This document shows positions 18,601-20,000 of a stretch of 20,000 nucleotides of DNA, piece by piece; the stretch's first letter is position 1; each line of letters begins with the position of its first letter. This DNA comes from an uncultured virus (IMG/VR IMGVR_UViG_3300001525_000355) (lineage: Duplodnaviria; Heunggongvirae; Uroviricota; Caudoviricetes), in the IMG/VR virus record IMGVR_UViG_3300001525_000355. The stretch is one strand, 5' to 3'. The notes under the pieces were generated by a model. That model was not told the DNA's origin, ran no database searches, and worked only from the letters and a program-made list of their open reading frames with translations. A program made the position numbers and the translations under genes.

Positions 18601-19964
18601 TTAGTGTTGGTACTAATCTTTTAGTTGCAATGATGGGTTGGAAGGGTTATACTTTTGAAGACGGTTATGTAGTTTCTGAAAGTGTGGCAAATAAGACCTT
18701 GACTAGTACATCATATGAAGAAAAAGAAGTATTAATTACTAAAGATGATAATGTCAAATATATAGCAGAATCTGGTAAATTTACTCAAAGTGGTGATTCA
18801 TTATTAGTCAGATCTTCCAAGAATATTGAACAGATTATTGGAATGGATGAAGATGAAATTGTTGAAGGTCAACAAGTCATTAAATCACCAGGTGGTAGAA
18901 TTTTGAGTATTGAGATTTATCCAAATATTTCAATTAAGAAATTCCCTGTTCTCATTCCAGAATATGAGAAGTTTAGAGAAAGATATATAGAATCCAACGG
19001 TTCTTTCCCTGAAAAATTCTTTAATAGTAGTAGTGATAATGGTATTCCGTTTAGCGGTATTAAGATTGTATTTAAGATAGAAAGATACGATACTTGTATA
19101 TTGGGTGACAAGATCAGTAATAATCATGGCGGTAAGGGTACTATTACTTATATAGAAAAAGATAAGAATATGCCTGTGACTCCGTGGGGTGAAAAGATTG
19201 ATATCTTATTCAATCCGATTGCTGTAGTAAACAGAATGAATCCTGGTACCATTTATGAATTATATAGTGGTTTGATTGCCAAGACATTGGCAAGAAGAGT
19301 CTGTTCATTGGGTTATAATAAGAATCAAAAAGCAATAGATTTAATGTCAATGGTTTATAAGACTATGGATAATACAAGAGATAAGGTATTATCTTCAAAT
19401 ATCATTAAATCATTGAACAGTCTCAATGACCAGCAATATGTAAGATTTATCAATCAGACTATTGATGATGGTTATGTGATGCCAATGTATGTACCACAAT
19501 TCCAAGAACCATCAAAGGAAATGATTCGTTCCACTATGAAGATTCTTGGTCTTCAGGATAAATACTATCTTACATTACCTGAATTTGGTAGTAAGACACT
19601 TGAACCGGTTGCTGTTGGTTATCTTTATTATAAGAAACTTGAACAACAGGCAGCGTATAAACAATCAGTAAGATCAACTGGTAAATATAATGTTTCTACT
19701 GGTCAGGCTACTGCTGGTAAAGCACAGGGTGGTGGTCAAAGAGTTGGCGAAATGGATTCTTATTGTATGATATCACATGGTTGTATCAATACATTGAGAG
19801 AATTGTTTGGTCCAATGTCTGATGATAAAGCAACCAAAGAAGAAATAATTTCAGAAATCATTAATAATGGTGAAGCATCATATCGTGAACCCAAAAATAA
19901 TAATGTCAGAAACAAATTAAAAGTTTGGATGTACGGTATGATGATTGCTTCTGATTTAAGTTAA
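15690..19964 (+). CDS. rpoB: Phage multisubunit DNA-directed RNA polymerase beta subunit (unsplit, long N-terminal extension)
   Basis: GTFLING, TPENGNIG, PFVNHNDGCR..SQGRQA, GYTFEDG, GDKISNNHGGKG, MP...IDILFNP...RMN, GYLYYKKL, RSTG, GGQRVGEMD; AGAGGA RBS. Confidence 0.97.
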   Translation: MIRLDKFKIFPYKTSEIFWPGNQSNESPVNFVFFPENSNFNQAYRRIKIPRRFCKYGTILPSKIPRIIYTRDLVTQYLLFKLIPVRNVTQAVKNIFIDTTPFLTKLDDKYKRGSYRRPTVLDKIDTYLNQVNTSDSLVGRHNVLLYYVDLTQPLINSPMYKRGWAIVDMFKREEFYNYSHIMMCVWTGAKTLYYMLKGNDKALSWVRVYNIIGSLKQKIDTKQIEDSNDELCNDILITNDINALDHHDEPELYSNPLISKTEYDLGLKPVVNKTPNKIVSVDEYSLTNDNDKKTKGAIKRFLQTRPTLTGLLKSQPITPYTSRKVTLASILSRNLRNDELAAQSIKKIEPENYLQTIDKLKKDIVPNLLRHDSYENEARQPVFDNAGLNAVNDHKNPSAILNKRKVDFKKSLTRDLINSFLILSKNEKYPLKLIDLSYKSIPIKSGDLQPSKFGEYKALLQDDQGKIHEVIIEVPEIQNDGTFLINGNKKYMMYQIVIDPIFFMKKNQGTLQTMYAPVTVILKETKHKSYFNCYIAGYFIPMSLLLTYYLGLDKLGKLFGFSYRTVDSANKDSKFYSLDFSDKKSIEFSYDTNNKFVTYLLDSFKESVAFSKMQSSDLLGKTKLAEAIIKETNNRNSIFRIDQVLKNIMEPISLEVLKSKMLPTTFEDCMKYICENIAAGRVDSRNDISKQRIRSSEVMSYQIQKQILASYSQYLTDREHGNTDAKYFCDTRQIIKSIINSSESKLMRELDNINPYDELSCLTAISPVGDGGVANADAITKEARNINDSYYGNIDSMDTPENGNIGVLNHLTIDAAIGNIKGSFGKVDPKDNIGAGALSVCSAVVPFVNHNDGCRVMFSGSQGRQAIPIIGNQKPLVQTGYETIMTSMLGESYIKKTYQDGIVSKITPNAIYIRNKEGSEEKVILDNPVLKTSVGQIKGALNNFSPVVKIGQKVKAGQILAEGKHIKDGVISVGTNLLVAMMGWKGYTFEDGYVVSESVANKTLTSTSYEEKEVLITKDDNVKYIAESGKFTQSGDSLLVRSSKNIEQIIGMDEDEIVEGQQVIKSPGGRILSIEIYPNISIKKFPVLIPEYEKFRERYIESNGSFPEKFFNSSSDNGIPFSGIKIVFKIERYDTCILGDKISNNHGGKGTITYIEKDKNMPVTPWGEKIDILFNPIAVVNRMNPGTIYELYSGLIAKTLARRVCSLGYNKNQKAIDLMSMVYKTMDNTRDKVLSSNIIKSLNSLNDQQYVRFINQTIDDGYVMPMYVPQFQEPSKEMIRSTMKILGLQDKYYLTLPEFGSKTLEPVAVGYLYYKKLEQQAAYKQSVRSTGKYNVSTGQATAGKAQGGGQRVGEMDSYCMISHGCINTLRELFGPMSDDKATKEEIISEIINNGEASYREPKNNNVRNKLKVWMYGMMIASDLS

Positions 19965-19982
19965 TTTAAACTACGAACAAAT

Positions 19983-20000
19983 TAAAAGATTAATCTTTTA
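19983..20000. repeat. Perfect 18-bp palindrome downstream of the beta gene
   Basis: TAAAAGATT|AATCTTTTA; reaches the window edge, so it may be longer. Confidence 0.6.

Noticed and set aside
3911..19127. Short antisense or out-of-frame ORFs (3911, 6219, 6675, 7502, 7527, 9477, 11334, 12385, 13225, 15414, 17649, 18130, 18917, 18930)
   Set aside because: They lie within or across well-supported genes, have shadow-like F/S/I-rich composition and show no recognisable motifs.
12623..19964. Bacterial chromosomal rpoBC operon
   Set aside because: Gene order is reversed, beta' is short with no Zn ribbon, the motifs are strongly diverged, no ribosomal-protein neighbours are present, and the flanking genes are phage structural genes.
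12623..19964. Inteins or group I introns in the RNAP genes
   Set aside because: Both ORFs are continuous; I saw no C/S...HN-C/S/T intein boundaries or LAGLIDADG blocks, and the trigger-loop insert lacks splicing motifs.
1..20000. Stop-codon reassignment (none of the 14 accepted genes ends in TAG)
   Set aside because: All genes are intact and tightly packed under the standard code with no in-frame TAG, and TGA is used as a stop; lack of TAG is expected in AT-rich DNA.
1..20000. CRISPR array, tRNA or rRNA genes
   Set aside because: No spaced direct repeats or cloverleaf-like sequences seen; intergenic space is minimal.

Overview
AT-rich, gene-dense segment that looks like part of a large myovirus-type (jumbo) phage genome. 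The left half (1-10358, + strand) is a contractile-tail baseplate/spike module: an HNH-like protein, a T4 gp53/LysM-like baseplate protein, a gp5/VgrG-like spike with a long C-terminal extension, a 1205-aa helical protein ending in what looks like a degenerate glycoside-hydrolase barrel, a PAAR tip protein and an Amidase_2 cell-wall amidase. The right half is a self-contained transcription module: a minus-strand 513-aa protein resembling the phiKZ gp68/AR9 gp226 sigma-like promoter-specificity subunit, a divergent intergenic region with palindromes, a small Cys-containing ORF, and two UNSPLIT multisubunit RNA polymerase genes in the order beta' then beta. These carry features I recall from phiKZ/AR9 virion RNAPs (no N-terminal Zn ribbon, long beta N-terminal extension), although those phages encode split subunits. 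All family assignments come from motif recognition by eye, not from database searches.
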